In this document: piece by piece, positions 61,960 through 64,000 of the stretch
Position numbering within the stretch: position 1 is the stretch's first letter
Layout: each line of letters begins with the position of its first letter
Assembly (NCBI GenBank): GCA_023920165.1
Contig: CP089275.1
Coordinates: 2,108,001 to 2,172,000, forward strand
Source of the DNA: Curvularia clavata
Taxonomy: Eukaryota
Length of the DNA stretch: 64,000 nucleotides
Direction of reading: 5' to 3'
The notes under the pieces: model-generated
What the model saw: only the letters and a program-made list of their open reading frames with translations
The model's database searches: none
Told to the model about the DNA's origin: nothing
Position numbers and translations under genes: made by a program

Positions 61960-64000
61960 CTAGCCAGGCGCGTTGCCGAATTCGTTGTTTCCATCTGGTG
62001 GCTGCGTCCAGTCGTTGTACTGCATCTCTGGATCGACTGGAGGACCCTGCTGTTGCGGAGGCAGCTCCAGGCCAGAAGGATCCAAGCTCAGATTTTCGGA
62101 TGGTGCGGATTGCCACCAGAGATTTTGCATGTCGACGATTGGAGGACCCTGATCAAAAGTCGTCATGAAAGGGTTTCCAAACGAAAAGGCCATGGAAGGG
62201 TCGTGTTGAACAGGAAAGGGATAGACGGGGTTAGAAAATTGCTCGCTGAGAAACGGAGGTGCAAACGTCTGTGACGAATCTTCAGGGTAAACAGGTATTT
62301 CCCAGGGCTCTGGTTGTGATGGGAAGGTGAACTGTTGTTGGTGCTCCGATGGCCGCGGTTGCGGAGGCTGATTGTGGTCGTCGTCCATCAGCTCGTGCAC
62401 CTGATCGCGCAAGCCAGAAGCAGATGTATTGAGAATCTTGTAAACCACATCATGTGCCCGGGAGGCAACAGGGTCATTAAATCGCATGGCGCGAAGCCAG
62501 CTCATCAGCTTCTTGATACAGGACAAGATTTCTGACTTATCCTCTTTCGTGTTTTGGCCTTCGTAAGCCATTTCCAGTAAAAGCACAGCCATACTTTGCA
62601 TGACTTTGGCATTTGTTGTTAGCAAGATTCAATCTTGATTGCAATTGACAAGACTCACTGATATGGACAATGTTCCACCAAGGGCCCCGAGAGTAGATCA
62701 GGGTCGTGTCTGGTTGCTCAGGAAACAACGCCGTCATCCGTCTAGCTGCGTAAACACATGCTTCGGCCATCTTGGCATTAAAATGGGCCGAGCGACTACT
62801 CTCGGATGCGATTCGTCGCTCAATTCTACAGAGACAAGGCCGTGTGATCAGAATCCTGGTGCTCCAATAGTAGATCCTGAACAAGAAGCGTTCACGATCG
62901 AAATCAGGTGGCTGATCCCAATTGCTTGAACGAAGATCATCGAACGGCAAAGCTGTCTTCGACCATTCTTCGAGTTCGCTGAGAAGCTCCGTGATTCTAG
63001 TTTGAACATGCTATAGTTATAACCTGTTAGCAAAGCCAAGGCTAATCATATGTGAGGGCGAGTGACTACGCAATGCGATCCTAGACTTACCTCCCAAGAT
63101 CTTGCCGCTGTTCGCGGAGAATATAAGCTAAGGAGAACCTTTTGTGAGATGAGATTCAGTTTGATGTACGCGACTAGATTAACATTCTCCTCGGTACTTT
63201 TGTCGGACTGAGAAGTACCACTCCTTGCACTCGAATGCGGTGAACTATAATTTGTACGAACACGGGATGTTCGCCTCGGTTCGTTGGTGTCATTGCTCGG
63301 CGATCCAGGCGTGGATTTTGGCATGGCTACCGTACAATCCGCATCGCCAATGACTGGAGGGCGACCCGTGAGAGATGATGCCAAGCACTCTATGGCATGC
63401 AAACACCACCATATTCTCACCAATGGCTCTTTTTTGGTTTCGTTGAGTGAGGCGTTCTCGTTGCGTAGGTGAAGTCCGAGGGCTAAGGCGAGCCTAATTG
63501 AAATCCCGATCATGATCCAAGCTCTGCTTACATGACCAATCGCGACGAAGTAAAAGGCAAGGGCGCCAGTCTATAGTTTGATGATTAGCTTCCTGTGAGA
63601 AAACGTTGGGAATACAAATGGCCTACGGCTTGGACTCTATCTATGGTGGGTGCCGTAATGAACACAAGGGGGTCATTTAGGCGCAGAAGATGCACTGCAC
63701 GGGTCATGTAGATCAAGTGGTCTCTTTCGTCTCCTCTCCATGGAGCTCTAATGAGCTGAGAGTATTTTGCACCGATTGCAAAGAGCAGGTTCATGGTGAT
63801 GCGCCATTGTGTGGGAACTTCGTACGGGTGTTGGTGCTTTGCCGATTGGATATAACGGCGGAACTGATCTTCGAAATTGTCGGACATGAGTGGAAAGGTA
63901 TTATGGACAGTCTCAAGATAGCAGTTGAAGAGATGCTCAGCAACTCCTGGGTCCGGTAATTCGTAAGGGTCGACCGCAATATCGATCTCAATATCGTCAC
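61960..64000 (-). CDS. Fungal-specific transcription factor (Zn2Cys6-type middle homology region), 5' end outside the window
   Basis: In-frame introns 63571-63626, 63011-63090 and 62604-62658. Motifs GHVSRAWIMIGISIRLALALGLHLRN, RIWWCLHAIE...TGRP, ILITRPCLC and PWWNIVH. Confidence 0.85.

Overview
A gene-dense 64-kb window of an intron-containing filamentous ascomycete genome. Introns are short GT-AG with CTRAC branch points. Protein sequences suggest Pezizomycotina, probably Dothideomycetes/Pleosporales, which is an inference. I can build about 24 protein-coding gene models: flotillin, NIF3, BolA/Fra2, COG6, ATG9, RPL10, RPL30, MCM2, UBR7/Mlo2-like, a kinesin-10-like motor, phosphoketolase, sphingolipid delta-8 desaturase, a PGM2/phosphopentomutase, a P450, an EEF1AKMT4-like methyltransferase, a partial fungal Zn-cluster-type transcription factor and several secreted or hypothetical proteins. 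There is also one tRNA-Ala(AGC), a decayed PL7 lyase pseudogene and a 262-bp MITE-like element. The most interesting signals are non-coding. (1) A canonical-looking kink-turn closes a ~20-bp stem inside the unusually long second intron of RPL30, whose product is a kink-turn-binding protein, suggesting an autoregulatory splicing switch. (2) A candidate [D5,6] stwintron lies in the RPL10 5' leader. (3) A dense cluster of six CGCG (MCB/SCB-like) sites, plus a TATA box and splice signals, sits in a gene-free gap between convergent genes, suggesting a hidden spliced non-coding transcript. All calls were made by eye, without database searches.
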